Assembly: GCA_963704885.1 (NCBI GenBank)
Contig: CAVPIB010000001.1
Coordinates: 986,647-1,050,646, forward strand
Length of the DNA: 64,000 bases
Reading direction: 5' to 3'
Source: an uncultured Actinomycetes bacterium
GTDB taxonomy: Bacteria > Actinomycetota > UBA4738 > HRBIN12
Part shown: positions 50,672-61,416 of the stretch, one piece after another
Position numbering within the stretch: position 1 is the stretch's first letter
Layout: each line of letters starts with the position of its first letter
The notes under the pieces: generated by a model
The model's input: the letters and a program-made list of their open reading frames with translations, nothing else
What the model was told of the DNA's origin: nothing
Databases searched by the model: none
Program-made: the position numbers and the translations under genes

Positions 50672-52108
50672 ATGTTGAGACGGATCTCGCTCGCCGCCGC
50701 CGGAGTTGCGCTCACCGCTCTCCAGGTGGTGGGAGCCACCCCCGCCGCCGCGGCCACCGTCTCGCCCAACGTCAACATCACCCGCCTGGGAGGGAATCAA
50801 GCCGAGGCGGCCATCGCGATCGATCCCACGGATCCGAACCATGTGGTGGAGCTCTCCAACCGCGAGCGCGGCACCGGGATGATCCTGGGTGTGAGCGACG
50901 ACGGGGGCGCGACCTGGACCGTGTCGAACTTCGCGCGCAACGACAGGTTCGGCGCGGCGTGCTGCGACCCGACCGTGTCGTGGGATCGCTTCGGCAACCT
51001 CTTCATGGCCTGGCTCGATCTGCGCGACGCGGGGGCCATCCCGGTTGCGATCAGCACCGATGGTGGCGCGCACTTCTCCTTGCTCAGGGTGCTGCGACCC
51101 AACCCGCCGAAGCGTCGGGCGGCGGGCGAGCTCGAGAAGCCTGCCGGGAACCACAAGGAGCGAAAGCCCAGCCCGAAGGGCTCTTCGGTCGATCAGCCCA
51201 CCATCACCACGGGGCCGGGGTCGGTCTGGCTCACCTGGAACAACAACGGCCTGATGCAGGCGGCGGGGGCCCGGGTGACGGGCCTGGGCCGGGTGGGGAA
51301 GTTCCACAAGCGGCAGGATGTTCGCGGGACGCTCAACTGCAGCTTCGGGGACATCGCGGTCGGTCCGACCGGTCAGGTCGCCCAGGTCTGCACCAAGGAC
51401 CAGCGGGGCACCAACCCCCGAGTGGCCAGCATCCGGACGGCCGTCGATCCGGACGGGCTGGGTCCGCTCGCGTTCTCGAAGGCCAGGGTGATCGGGAAGA
51501 CCAACGTGCAGCAGTTCGATCCCATCCGCCCGCAGCGGTCGCGCACGGTCGACGCCGAAACGGGGTTCGCGTGGGATGTCCTGCCGAGCAGCCCACACCT
51601 CGGCAGGCTCTACCTCGTGTACACCGACGAGCAGCCGAACGGCTCGAGCGACACCGACATCTGGCTGCGCTCATCCGATGACGCCGGCGCCACTTGGAGC
51701 GTGCCCGTCCGCGTGAACGACGTGACCACGAACGCGCAGTTCCTGCCGAAGATCGCGCTCGATCCATCCACCGGGAACCTCGCCTTTGGCTGGCACGATG
51801 CGCGGAACGACGCCGGGGACCGAGCCTTCGGCGATACCGATGGGGTCCGCAACTCCGACGCGATGTTCTATCTGACGTTCAGCACCGATGGCGGCTCGAC
51901 GTTCCTGCCCGCCGTCCAGGTGAGCCAGGGGGTGTCCAACGCCAAGGAGGCGCGGAACGGCGTGGACTACGGCGACTACGTGGGCCTGTCCTTCGTCGAC
52001 GGGATCGCGATGCCGGCCTGGGCCGACAACTCGAACAGCACGGGCGACAACCCAGCGGGCACCCTGCGCACGTTCGACATCTACACGGCGCGGGTGTCGC
52101 TGCTGTAG
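50672..52108 (+). CDS. Secreted BNR/Asp-box beta-propeller (sialidase-like) protein
   Basis: Signal peptide; four Asp boxes SDDGGATW, STDGGAHF, SDDAGATW, STDGGSTF; GDY…AWAD C-terminus. Confidence 0.85.
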   Translation: MLRRISLAAAGVALTALQVVGATPAAAATVSPNVNITRLGGNQAEAAIAIDPTDPNHVVELSNRERGTGMILGVSDDGGATWTVSNFARNDRFGAACCDPTVSWDRFGNLFMAWLDLRDAGAIPVAISTDGGAHFSLLRVLRPNPPKRRAAGELEKPAGNHKERKPSPKGSSVDQPTITTGPGSVWLTWNNNGLMQAAGARVTGLGRVGKFHKRQDVRGTLNCSFGDIAVGPTGQVAQVCTKDQRGTNPRVASIRTAVDPDGLGPLAFSKARVIGKTNVQQFDPIRPQRSRTVDAETGFAWDVLPSSPHLGRLYLVYTDEQPNGSSDTDIWLRSSDDAGATWSVPVRVNDVTTNAQFLPKIALDPSTGNLAFGWHDARNDAGDRAFGDTDGVRNSDAMFYLTFSTDGGSTFLPAVQVSQGVSNAKEARNGVDYGDYVGLSFVDGIAMPAWADNSNSTGDNPAGTLRTFDIYTARVSLL

Positions 52109-52114
52109 CGTCCG

Positions 52115-53689
52115 CTAAGCCTCGACGGCCACCCGTTCGCCCGGCGCCATCACCGGCGCGGTCTTGCGGCCCGGGATGAACCGGTACGCGACGATCGCGG
52201 CGATCACGAGCACCATCCCTCCGATGAACAGAGCCACGTGGAACCCGTCCATGAACGCCTGATCGAACGCCGCCGTGACCTGACCGATCTGCGCGGTAGT
52301 CAGGCCTTGCAGGACGGATGGGTCGAGCGTGCCGTGGCTGCCCGCGGCCGCGATAGCGCTCTGCTGGGCGTTGGACAGCCCGAGGCCCGCGAGCGTGGGC
52401 GTCAGCGACGCCTTGAGCCTGGTCGTGAGCACGGTGCCGAGCAGCGCGATACCGAAGACGCCGCCCACCTCCCGGCTGGTGTTCGTCATGGCCGAGCCCA
52501 AGCCGGCGCGTTGCGGCCCGACCGAGTTCATCACGGCGGCCGTCATCGGCGCCATCACCGACGCCATGCCGTGTCCCATGATGATGAAGACCGGCATCAT
52601 CATCCAGTACGGGGTGTCGACCTGGAGCTGGGTCCCGAAGAACAGCAGTCCACCGCCCCCGAGGAGCAGGCCGTAGGTCATCGGTGCCCGCGAGCCGTGC
52701 TTCGATGCGTACTTCCCCGCCAGGGGAGCCGTCACGATGATCATTAGCGTCATCGGCAGGAACCTCGCGCCCGCCTGGAACGGCGTGTAGCCGCGGATCA
52801 GCTGCATGTATAGGGACAGGAAGAAGAACGTCGCGAACATGCCGAGCGAGACTGCGAAGGCCACCGTGTTGCCGGCCGAGAAGGCCGGGATCTTGAAGAA
52901 GCGGAGCGGCATCATGGCGTGTGGGCTGCGGAACTCCCAGAAGAGGAGCGCCGCGACCAGCAACGCGCCGCCCACGAGCGTCGAGACGATCAGCGGATCG
53001 GTCCACCCCTTCTGGTTCGCCTCGATCAAGGCATAGGTGAGGCTGAACAGCGCGGACGTTCCCAGGACCAACCCGGGGATGTCGAGCTGCCGTTCCTCTT
53101 CGGAGACCGACTCGCGCACGGTCCGGGTGGCGACCAGGAACGCCATGATCCCGATCGGCACGTTCAGGAAGAAGATCGACTGCCAACCCAGGCGCTCGAC
53201 CATCAGCCCCCCGACGGTCGGTCCGAGCGCCAGCGCCAGCCCGGACATCCCGGCCCACAACCCGATCGCCTTCGCGCGCTCGTGAGGTGGGAACGTCACC
53301 GTGATGATCGAGAGCGTTCCGGGCATCAGGAGCGCCGCGCCCACACCCTGGAGCGCGCGGAACGCGATCAACATGCCGGTGCTCGAGGAGAGGCCGCAAC
53401 CAAGGGATGCCAGGGTGAAGATGGACAGTCCCGTCAGGAACATCTTCTTGCGCCCGTAGCGGTCGCCCAGGATGCCGCCCGTCAGCAGCAGGGATGCGAA
53501 CGCCAGCACGTAACCGTCCACGATCCATTGCAGGCCTGAGACTCCGGTGCCTAGCGTCTCGCTGATGTTCGGCAGGGCCACGTTCACGACCGTGTTGTCG
53601 AGCATGGCCATGGCCAACGCGAAGCACATGGTCAGCAGCACGATGACCTTCTCGCGTGCGTTGTCTCCCTCGAAACCGAACAGACCCAA
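52115..53689 (-). CDS. DHA2 (EmrB/QacA) MFS efflux transporter
   Basis: LDNTVVNVALP, GDRYGRK, RALQG.GAA, WQSIFFLNVPIG, NTSREVGG. Confidence 0.93.
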   Translation of the reverse strand: MGLFGFEGDNAREKVIVLLTMCFALAMAMLDNTVVNVALPNISETLGTGVSGLQWIVDGYVLAFASLLLTGGILGDRYGRKKMFLTGLSIFTLASLGCGLSSSTGMLIAFRALQGVGAALLMPGTLSIITVTFPPHERAKAIGLWAGMSGLALALGPTVGGLMVERLGWQSIFFLNVPIGIMAFLVATRTVRESVSEEERQLDIPGLVLGTSALFSLTYALIEANQKGWTDPLIVSTLVGGALLVAALLFWEFRSPHAMMPLRFFKIPAFSAGNTVAFAVSLGMFATFFFLSLYMQLIRGYTPFQAGARFLPMTLMIIVTAPLAGKYASKHGSRAPMTYGLLLGGGGLLFFGTQLQVDTPYWMMMPVFIIMGHGMASVMAPMTAAVMNSVGPQRAGLGSAMTNTSREVGGVFGIALLGTVLTTRLKASLTPTLAGLGLSNAQQSAIAAAGSHGTLDPSVLQGLTTAQIGQVTAAFDQAFMDGFHVALFIGGMVLVIAAIVAYRFIPGRKTAPVMAPGERVAVEA

Positions 53690-53780
53690 CCTGGTTCCCT
53701 TCTCGATCCCGGACGCGCTGCACCGCTGCGGGCGCAGTCAGATGCAACCCAGCGTACGAGACATCTCTTCCCGAAAAGGT

Positions 53781-53918
53781 CTATCCGGTGAGGGGTTCCG
53801 GCACGGGTTGAGGCTCGGGCTGGGTCTCGTGGAGACCCTCCAGGCAGCGCCAGCAGGACTCGGCGCTCGCCTGGTTGATCGCGCCGCATCCCGGGCAGAC
53901 CCGCTCCTGCATGGCCAT
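53781..53918 (-). CDS. 45-aa zinc-ribbon microprotein (absent from the ORF track)
   Basis: MAMQERVCPGCGAINQASAESCWRCLEGLHETQPEPQPVPEPLTG*; CxxC-x10-CxxC; fills an otherwise empty gap. Confidence 0.7.
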   Translation of the reverse strand: MAMQERVCPGCGAINQASAESCWRCLEGLHETQPEPQPVPEPLTG

Positions 53919-53925
53919 ACAGGAG

Positions 53926-53953
53926 GTGTCGGCACGTCGGGCGGCCGGACTGA
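53926..53953 (-). promoter_or_regulatory. Sigma-28-like promoter TCAG-N16-GCCGACAC (leaderless)
   Basis: ATG of the zinc-ribbon ORF lies 7 nt after the -10. Confidence 0.5.
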
Positions 53954-53967
53954 GGCCTTGGTTCGCC

Positions 53968-54831
53968 CTACGTGAGCTTGCGGTACAGGCGGATCGCGAG
54001 CGGAACGAAGATCGCGAGCAGCACCACGATCCACACCACCGACTTGATCAGCAGGCCCTCGAACGTGTCGACCGGCAGGCGGGTCTCGAAGTCGACGATG
54101 CCGATGGGCCCGTTCGACAGGTAGCGCGCCAGGTTGCACCAGATCGTGACCGGGTTGTGCCGGGCGATCGTCTGCAGCAAGGGGGACATCCCCGTGACGG
54201 GCACGAAGGCGGAGCTGACGAACACCACCGGGAAGATCCACGTGAACGACGCGGCCTGGACGGCCTCCACCTTCTTCAGCGAGAGGGCGATGCACGCGGA
54301 GATCCAGGAGAACGTGAACCCGACGGTCAGCACCAAGACGACGACACCGAGCGCGTTGATCAGCCCGTTCTCGAACTGGAAGCCCACGAGGTACCCGATC
54401 GCGATCACGATCACGAGCAGGACGAAGTTCTTCATCAGGTCGGAGGTGGTCCTTCCCGCCAGGACCGCAGAGCGCGCCATGGGCAGTGACCGGAACCGGT
54501 CGATGATGCCCGCCTTCATGTCGTCGGCGAGCCCGATGGCTGTCGAGGTCGACCCGAAGAGCGCGTTCTGGATGAAGATCCCCGGCATCAGGAACTGGAC
54601 GTACTTCACGCCGGGGGGCAGCTGTGAGAACTGGTTCGCGTAGATGAACCGGAACAGCAGCACGAACATGATCGGCTGGACCAACTCGAAGATGAACACC
54701 GTTGGCACCCGGGTCAGGGTGAGGAGGTTCCGCCGGGCGACCAACAGCCCGTCGACCACCGCGAGCGAGACCCGGGCCGACAACCCGGACGGTGCGCGTC
54801 GCTCGGTGCCGCGTTGGGCGGTGGCGCTCAC
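53968..54831 (-). CDS. ABC-2 permease (DrrB-like)
   Basis: QPIMFVLLF, YVQFLMPGI, GIIDRFRSLPMARSAVLAGR, SSAFVP. Confidence 0.92.
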   Translation of the reverse strand: MSATAQRGTERRAPSGLSARVSLAVVDGLLVARRNLLTLTRVPTVFIFELVQPIMFVLLFRFIYANQFSQLPPGVKYVQFLMPGIFIQNALFGSTSTAIGLADDMKAGIIDRFRSLPMARSAVLAGRTTSDLMKNFVLLVIVIAIGYLVGFQFENGLINALGVVVLVLTVGFTFSWISACIALSLKKVEAVQAASFTWIFPVVFVSSAFVPVTGMSPLLQTIARHNPVTIWCNLARYLSNGPIGIVDFETRLPVDTFEGLLIKSVVWIVVLLAIFVPLAIRLYRKLT

Positions 54832-55850
54832 GCGGCGTCCTCTCCCCGTCGGCCGCGCCGGCCCTTCGACTTCCCGGCCGGCGTGAGTTCGGGGTCGGGC
54901 TCATGCTCGGCGCCTCTTCCGGTCAGCGAGAGGAACACGTCGTCGAGCGTCGGGCGGTGCAGCGCGATGTCGGCGAGCGGGACCTGGGCTTCGTCCAGGC
55001 GGCGCACGCTGTCGAGCAGGACCGATGCGCCGTCCCGATGGACCGGGATGCGGATCTGCCCTTGGTCTTCATCGACGACGGGCTCCCCCGCGCCGATGTT
55101 CCGCAGCGCCTCGACGACCCTAGCGGTGTCGGCCCGGTTCTCGACGTGCAGTTCCAGAACCTCGCCGCCGATCCGATCCTTCAGCTCCTTGGACGTTCCC
55201 TCGGCGATGATCGTGCCGACGTCCATCACCGCGATCCGATCGGCCAGCTGGTCGGCCTCCTCGAGGTACTGGGTCGTCAGCAGCAGCGTCGTCCCCTCGC
55301 TCTGGAGCTCGCGGATGAACGCCCACACGTCGAGCCGGCTCCGAGGGTCGAGCCCGGTGGTCGGCTCGTCCAAGAACAACACGTCTGGGCGGCCGACGAG
55401 GCTCGCAGCTAGGTCGAGCCGGCGCCGCATCCCACCCGAGTAGGTCTTGGCGGGACGATCGGCGGCGTCCGCCAGGTCGAACCGCTCGAGGACCTCGACG
55501 GAGCGGCGCCTCGCCTCCGCCTTGGGCAGGTGATACAGCCGACCCACGAGCTGCAGGTTCTCCAGGCCCGTGAGGTTCTCGTCCACGGCTGCGCTCTGGC
55601 CGGCGAGGCCGATGCGGAACCGCAACTCCTCGGCGTCACGCACCGAGTCGAGGCCGTCGACCTCGGCGCGACCGCTGGTCGGTTGCAGCAGGGTGGTAAG
55701 GATGCGAACAGCCGTCGTCTTGCCCGCCCCGTTGGGACCGAGAAGACCGAACACCGCGCCCTTGTCGACCTCGAGGTCGACACCCTTCAGCGCTTCGACG
55801 GTCCCGAAGGTCTTGAAGAGTCCCTCCGTGCGGATGATCGTGTCGCTCAT
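54828..55850 (-). CDS. ABC exporter ATPase (DrrA-like)
   Basis: GPNGAGKTT, YSGGMRRRLDLA, LDEPTTGLDP, LTTQYLEEAD, PTLDDVFLSLTG. Confidence 0.95.
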   Translation of the reverse strand: MSDTIIRTEGLFKTFGTVEALKGVDLEVDKGAVFGLLGPNGAGKTTAVRILTTLLQPTSGRAEVDGLDSVRDAEELRFRIGLAGQSAAVDENLTGLENLQLVGRLYHLPKAEARRRSVEVLERFDLADAADRPAKTYSGGMRRRLDLAASLVGRPDVLFLDEPTTGLDPRSRLDVWAFIRELQSEGTTLLLTTQYLEEADQLADRIAVMDVGTIIAEGTSKELKDRIGGEVLELHVENRADTARVVEALRNIGAGEPVVDEDQGQIRIPVHRDGASVLLDSVRRLDEAQVPLADIALHRPTLDDVFLSLTGRGAEHEPDPELTPAGKSKGRRGRRGEDAA

Positions 55851-55898
55851 AAGCGAGGAATCCTAGCGGGCTCCGCCGACGACGACCGGTCCGGCATG

Positions 55899-57221
55899 CT
55901 AGGGCTCCGTCGCCCTGGGCGGCTGGCGGCGGATGGCCGACATCAGCGAGCGGTGATCGCCGTCCAGCCGTCGGAGCGCCGAGCGATCGAGGTTCAAGCG
56001 TCCGTATCGCACGTCCTCGTACGCGCGCGTGAGCGCACGGAAGGAGGTGGCCGAATCCGGGTAGGCCGAGATCACCTCGGGCACGAACTCCGCCGGCGTG
56101 AGCGACGGTTCCTTGGGCAGGCCGCGCCGCTCCAACGCCCCCAGGATCTCCGCGTACCAGCGGCGCACGCGGTCGGCCGGCGGCTCCCGGCGAGACCTCC
56201 GTTCCGGTGGAGCCGCCGGTTCGACTAGCGGGGCGGAAGCAACCTCCACCGTCGATCGGGCCTCGCCCAGCGCGGGGGAGACCGTCGATCGCGAACGCAG
56301 CCCGCGCATCACCCGGATGGCGGCCCAAACGATCGCCACGAACAGCGCCAGCCCGATCAGCCGCCCCAGTAGCGACGGCTGGCCGATCCGTTGCTGCGCC
56401 TCCTCGCCGGCGCGGTTGGCTCCGGTCTGCAGGCGTGCGAACAGGCGGCGAACGCCCTCCGGGTCGATGCCGAGCTGGTCGACCAGCCAGAAGACCGGTC
56501 GGGCGAGCTGGGAGAAGGCGAACACCAGCGCGGAGGCGAGCGCGTTGCCGATGGGGGCCAGGAGGGACCCCACCAGGTCGAGTGCGCCATCGCGAACGCC
56601 CAGACCGACGGCCACGACCATGGCGACCGGGATCCAGCCGGTGGCCACGAGCGCGCCTCTGAGCGATGCGGTCCGCTCCTCGGTGGGGGTTTCGCCGGCA
56701 TCTCCGGTCGTCCACACCGTGACCGTCCGGCTCCCGAGCGACGCCATGAAGAAGATCGGGACCAGCGCGACGAGCGGCGGACCCCACGTCCACGACGGTG
56801 ACGAGCCGATCATGGCCTCCGCCCCCATCGCGAGGCCGCCCACCAGGAACGCCGTTCCGATCGGTTCGCTCCAGTCGCGATATGCGAGCGACATCGCGCG
56901 CATCCCGAGCAAGAGGAGGGTCACGACCGAGAAGCCGTCGATCCGCAGCCCGTTCCCCTCCAACAGTGCGCCGGCGCCGATCGCGATCCCCGCTATCAAC
57001 ACGCCGGTGAGCGGAGCGTCGCGATGTCTGCTCATCAACGCGACCGCGGTCGCGTACACCATCAGGAACACCGGCACGAACACCACGAAGGATGCCGCGT
57101 GGCTGCCTCCCCCCGTGATCGCCGTGTGCACGGGCAGACACAGGACCGCGCCCTCGCCCACACCGGCGAGCGCCGCGGCCGCCACGTCGTTCCTCGACCC
57201 CGTCCCCGGCATGCGGATCAC
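55899..57221 (-). CDS. Multi-TM membrane protein with C-terminal DUF4129-like domain
   Basis: About 8 TM helices; VRRWY…G…TPAEF…LTRAYEDVRYG. Confidence 0.75.
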   Translation of the reverse strand: MIRMPGTGSRNDVAAAALAGVGEGAVLCLPVHTAITGGGSHAASFVVFVPVFLMVYATAVALMSRHRDAPLTGVLIAGIAIGAGALLEGNGLRIDGFSVVTLLLLGMRAMSLAYRDWSEPIGTAFLVGGLAMGAEAMIGSSPSWTWGPPLVALVPIFFMASLGSRTVTVWTTGDAGETPTEERTASLRGALVATGWIPVAMVVAVGLGVRDGALDLVGSLLAPIGNALASALVFAFSQLARPVFWLVDQLGIDPEGVRRLFARLQTGANRAGEEAQQRIGQPSLLGRLIGLALFVAIVWAAIRVMRGLRSRSTVSPALGEARSTVEVASAPLVEPAAPPERRSRREPPADRVRRWYAEILGALERRGLPKEPSLTPAEFVPEVISAYPDSATSFRALTRAYEDVRYGRLNLDRSALRRLDGDHRSLMSAIRRQPPRATEP

Positions 57222-58373
57222 AGGGCCTGCCCGGCCTCGTAGGGCTGTTCCGGGTAGCCCGCGAGTTCGATCACGTCGGAGCCCTTGCGGCGCAGTCGCT
57301 CCATCTCATGACGGAGTCCGGGTCCGGGACGGGGCGACAGCACCACGATCGTGGTTCGTCGCGTCAGCCGCCGACCCACCTCGCGGAGCACCGGAGCCAG
57401 GTCGTTCGTGGGTTGGTTCGGCATCCGCGCGAGAGCCGTGAACAGAACGGACTCCTGCCCGGCCGACGAGGCGGCCGGGACGCGGAGCGGTCCGCGCCCG
57501 CGCCGCAGGTGCGTGTTAGCGACCAGGCCCGCGCGCCAGCCGGCGTGGATCGCCTGGCGCGCCAGGTAGCTCGCCAGGCCGATCGTCTCCTCGGCGAGCT
57601 CGGCGTCCGCCGCCTCCCAGAACGGTTCCCCGTCGGACAGATCGAGCGCGAAGAGGACCTCGGCGGAGCGAGTGGGCTCGTAGGTCTTGGTCTGCAATCG
57701 GCCTGCGTGGGCGGACAGGCGCCAGTGAACGTGGTGCATGGGGTCGCCCGGCTCGTAGTCGCGCACGCCGGCGAAATGCTCGCGGTCCTCGTATAGCCGT
57801 GCGGCCGGCACCGGCGATCCGAACGGCAGCCACCGCCGCATCCGGAGCGGAACGCCTCCGCGCGGACCCGGCATCACCAGCAACGGGCGTTCGACGTCGA
57901 TCTGGCGACGAACCGGTGCCAGCTCGGAACGCGTCTGCGAGCTCCACGGTCACCTGATCCAGCCGAACTCCCCGCGACGGTCGGGTGGCCGGGAAACGGC
58001 ACGCTCTCGGCTTCACCGTCGACGCGCACGCGGGCGGTGTCCGTGGACTCGGTCGGCGATGGGTCCGGCTCGGGATCGATCCTCGGGCAAGCGGATCGTC
58101 ACGCGGACGATCGGGGTCCACGTCGCTTCGCGTTGGCGATCCGGATCACCGAGAAGGTCGGCCTCGTCGATGGAAGCGCACGTGGCGGTTCGACCGTGCT
58201 TCCACGCTCACCTGATCCAGGCCGAGGAGGCCGGCGCGCCGCTCCACCGGCTATCGCGACCACCGCCGCCGCCCAGAGCGGCGCGGCGGTGCGCCCCAGG
58301 CGGTGGCCGGCGGCGCCGCCAACGCTGCGACGCCGGCGGCGGCTTCGACGGCGTTCCGGCGTGGCGTCCCCAT
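57218..58373 (-). CDS. DUF58 protein, heavily frameshifted in its 5' half
   Basis: FAGVRDYEPGDPMHHVHWRLSAH, VLFALD intact in the 3' part; 5' boundary approximate. Confidence 0.7.
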
Positions 58374-58375
58374 CC

Positions 58376-59323
58376 CTAGTCCTCGGAACTCCGTGCGAAC
58401 GGCGACCCGAGCGCAGGACCTCGGCGGAGGATCTCGTCGGATGTGCGATCGCCGGTCCGCGCGTCGGTCGTCGGCGCCCGTCCTGTTCCGAGACCGGTTC
58501 GGCGAGCGCCTTCACGTCGTCGGGCAGCACGTGGTCCCGGCCGTCCGACCAAGCCCACGCGCGCGCGCGTCGCCCATCTGTACCACCGCGCGAGGGCTCG
58601 CGCCCACGGCCAGCTCGGGATCATCACGGGTCGCTCGGACCACGAGACGATGTACCGGCGGACGGGTGCTCGAGCGCGCGCCCGACCAGCTCCTGCAGTC
58701 CCGACCGCGGGGACACCCGCCAGCGGCTCGGTCGGCGACGCGATCCGCCCGCGAGGCGGTAGGATCCACTCCTCCTGCTCCTCGTTCGGTATCCGATCCG
58801 CACCCGCAGGAGGAACCGGTCCAGCTGCGCCTCGGGGATCGGGAACGTCGCCTCCAACTCCACCGGGTTCTGCGTCGCGAGCACGAAGAACAGTTCGGGG
58901 AGCGGGTGGCTCACGCCGTCCACCGTCACCTGATGCTACCTGCATCGCCTCGAGCAGCGCCGCCTCGGTCTTCGCGTGCACACGGTTGATCTCATCCGCC
59001 AGCCGGACCTGGGTGAAGATCGGACCTGCGCGGAACACGAACTCGTCGATCGAAGAGATCGAGCACCGACGTGCCGGTGATGTCCGTGGGCAGTTGACGA
59101 TCCGGCGTCGAACTGCACCCGCTGGAACGACGAACACGAGGTCGCCAGCAGGCGCACCAACGTGGTCTTGCCCACGCCGGGAACGTCGTCGATCGGCACG
59201 TGCGATCCGGTCGTCGATGCCGATCATCTCGACCTGTCGGAGCCCGTCTGCATGCCGAAGAGCCACTCGTCGACGCGTTCGCCGAGCTGGTCGCCACGTG
59301 CGCGCCGCCTGCGGGTCCGTCAT
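58376..59323 (-). CDS. Second MoxR AAA+ ATPase, heavily frameshifted
   Basis: Fragments [53 protein letters not shown] in different frames. Confidence 0.8.
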   Translation of the reverse strand: MTDPQAARTWRPARRTRRRVALRHADGLRQVEMIGIDDRIARADRRRSRRGQDHVGAPAGDLVFVVPAGAVRRRIVNCPRTSPARRCSISSIDEFVFRAGPIFTQVRLADEINRVHAKTEAALLEAMQVASGDGGRREPPAPRTVLRARDAEPGGVGGDVPDPRGAAGPVPPAGADRIPNEEQEEWILPPRGRIASPTEPLAGVPAVGTAGAGRARARAPVRRYIVSWSERPVMIPSWPWARALARWYRWATRARVGLVGRPGPRAARRREGARRTGLGTGRAPTTDARTGDRTSDEILRRGPALGSPFARSSED

Positions 59324-59428
59324 TCGCAGAAGGATAGGCCGGGGAGATCCCTGGGGTTCGGTTCCCTGCTCCTCGGTCGCTCATCGGGCGGTCGGGTGCG
59401 GCGGCGGAGGGGCTGTACGCTCGCGATC

Positions 59429-60021
59429 GTGCGGATAGTCATGTTCGGCGCGAGCAGCGACGGGCCGCAAGTCGTTGCGCAGGCCGTGAGACGGGACCTC
59501 GAGGTGGTCGCGTCGTCGCGACACGTCGGACAGTGGTTCCCGGACACGGTCACGGTCCATCGGCGATACCTCCGATGCGGAGGCTGTCGGGGCAGCGCTT
59601 CAGCGGGCGCGGATGCCGTGATCTCCACGCTCGGGCCGATCGCGGCGTGACCACCGCGGATATCCGACGCTCGCCGGACGATCGTCGGGGTCATCGAGCG
59701 CACCGGTCCGCATCGGCTGGCGATCGCCGCCAACTCCATGGTGTTCTCCGAGCGGGAGGTCACGGGCGAGTACGCGAACGTAGCCGCGGAGCACCGGCGC
59801 GACATGGCGATCCTGCGGGGCAGCGCGCTCGCGTGGACGGTGTTGGCGGCGCCGATCCTCAACGACGATCCGGGGTCCGGTTCCTACGACGCCGTCATCG
59901 ACGGGGGCGGGCCGGGTCAGGCCATCTCCCGGGCCGACTACGCGGCCGCGCTCCTGGACGCGCTCGCGCGCGATGGATGGATCGGCCATGCGGTCGGGGT
60001 CGCGAACCCTCCATCGGATGA
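59429..60021 (+). CDS. NAD(P)-binding Rossmann protein (flavin reductase/SDR-like), frameshifted
   Basis: VRIVMFGAS, GADAVISTLG, WTV, ISRADYAAALLD. Confidence 0.65.
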
Positions 60022-60099
60022 CTCCAGTAGGGCTCGCCCTCATGGGGAAGCTCGGCGTCGCCGCGGTGAGGTGCAGCCGCCGGCGATCAGCTGCATCCT

Positions 60100-60522
60100 A
60101 TGGACGCGCTTGACCTGAACGACACGGGACACGCGGAGGTCGACAGACGGCTCCGGTCTGGCCTCGTGGTCTGGTTAAGCGATGGTGAGCCCGTCGGGGC
60201 AACCGCAGACGACACCTATCTGGTACCAGTGGGACGGCGACACGTTCCTGTTCTTCAGCCAACCGGGCCGACCGAACTCGCGAACATCGACCACCCATAG
60301 CCTCGTCTCGCTGCACCCCGTCGGTGCCGAAGACGCCGAAGACGCCATGACCATCGAAGGGACGGCATCGCTCGATCCCTCGGCGCACGCCGCCGATCAA
60401 ATACCGCCTACATAACCAAGTACCTCCGCTTGATCGACGGGTTCGGGTGGACGCCGGCGAGCTTCGCTGCGGACTACTCGGTGGCCGTGCGCGTGACGCC
60501 GACCAGGTTCCGCATCCTGTAG
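60100..60522 (+). CDS. PPOX-class probable F420-dependent enzyme, frameshifted
   Basis: VVWL…VSPSGQPQTTPIWYQWDG, VSLH, IEGTA, FAADYSVAVRVTPTR. Confidence 0.7.
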
Positions 60523-60525
60523 CCC

Positions 60526-61416
60526 GTGCTCGAGCTGCTCGGCCTTCGCGCCGGCTTCGGCGACATCGTGGCACTCGACGATGTCTCGTTCACGGTGCCC
60601 GAGGGCCGGATCGTGGGCTTCGTCGGTCCCAACGGCGCGGGCAAGACCACCGCGATGCGCATCGCGCTCGGCGTGCTCGCTCCCGACGCCGGCCACGTGC
60701 GTTGGAAGGGAGAGCCGGTCGACGCCCTGGTGCGACGCCGGTTCGGCTACATGCCGGAGGAGCGCGGTCTCTACCCCAGGATGCGGGTGCTCGAGCAGCT
60801 GGTGTACCTGGCTCGATTGCACGGGCTGGGCGCGGCCGACGCCCGCCGTCGCGCCCGGGAGACCATCGAGCTGCTCGGGGTGGCAGAGCGGTCGACGATC
60901 GTGTCGAGGCGCTTTCCCTCGGGAACCAGCAGCGGGTGCAGCTCGCGTCGGCGCTCGTGCACGAGCCGGAGCTGCTGGTGCTGGACGAACCGTTCTCGGG
61001 CCTCGACCCGGTCGGGGTCGACGTGCTCTCGGGCGTCTTGCGACGGCAGGCAGCGAACCACGGCGTCCCCGTGGTCTTCTCGAGCCACCAGCTCGAGCTC
61101 GTCGAGCGTCTGTGCGACGCGGTCGTGCTGATCGACGCAGGCCGTGTGGTGGCACACGGCACGATCGAGGAGCTCCGCGCCCGGCGCGAGCGGCGGCTGG
61201 TCGTCGTGCAGGTCAGGGGCGGCTCCGACACGTGGCACGAGGCGATCCCCGGCGTCGGTTGGTCGGCCGACGCCCGAAGGCCTCGTCTTCGAGCTCGCCG
61301 ACGACGTCGACGAGCAGCGGCTGCTGGATCTCGCCCGGGCGTCCGGCGACGTCGTGCGGTTCGCGCCGGTCCATCCCACCCTCGCCGATCTCTTCCGCGA
61401 GGTGGTGGGGGGGTGA
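60526..61416 (+). CDS. ABC exporter ATPase (DUF4162 type), frameshifted
   Basis: GPNGAGKTT, GYMPEERGLY, LSLGNQQRVQL, LDEPFSGLDP, FSSHQLELVE. Confidence 0.85.
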
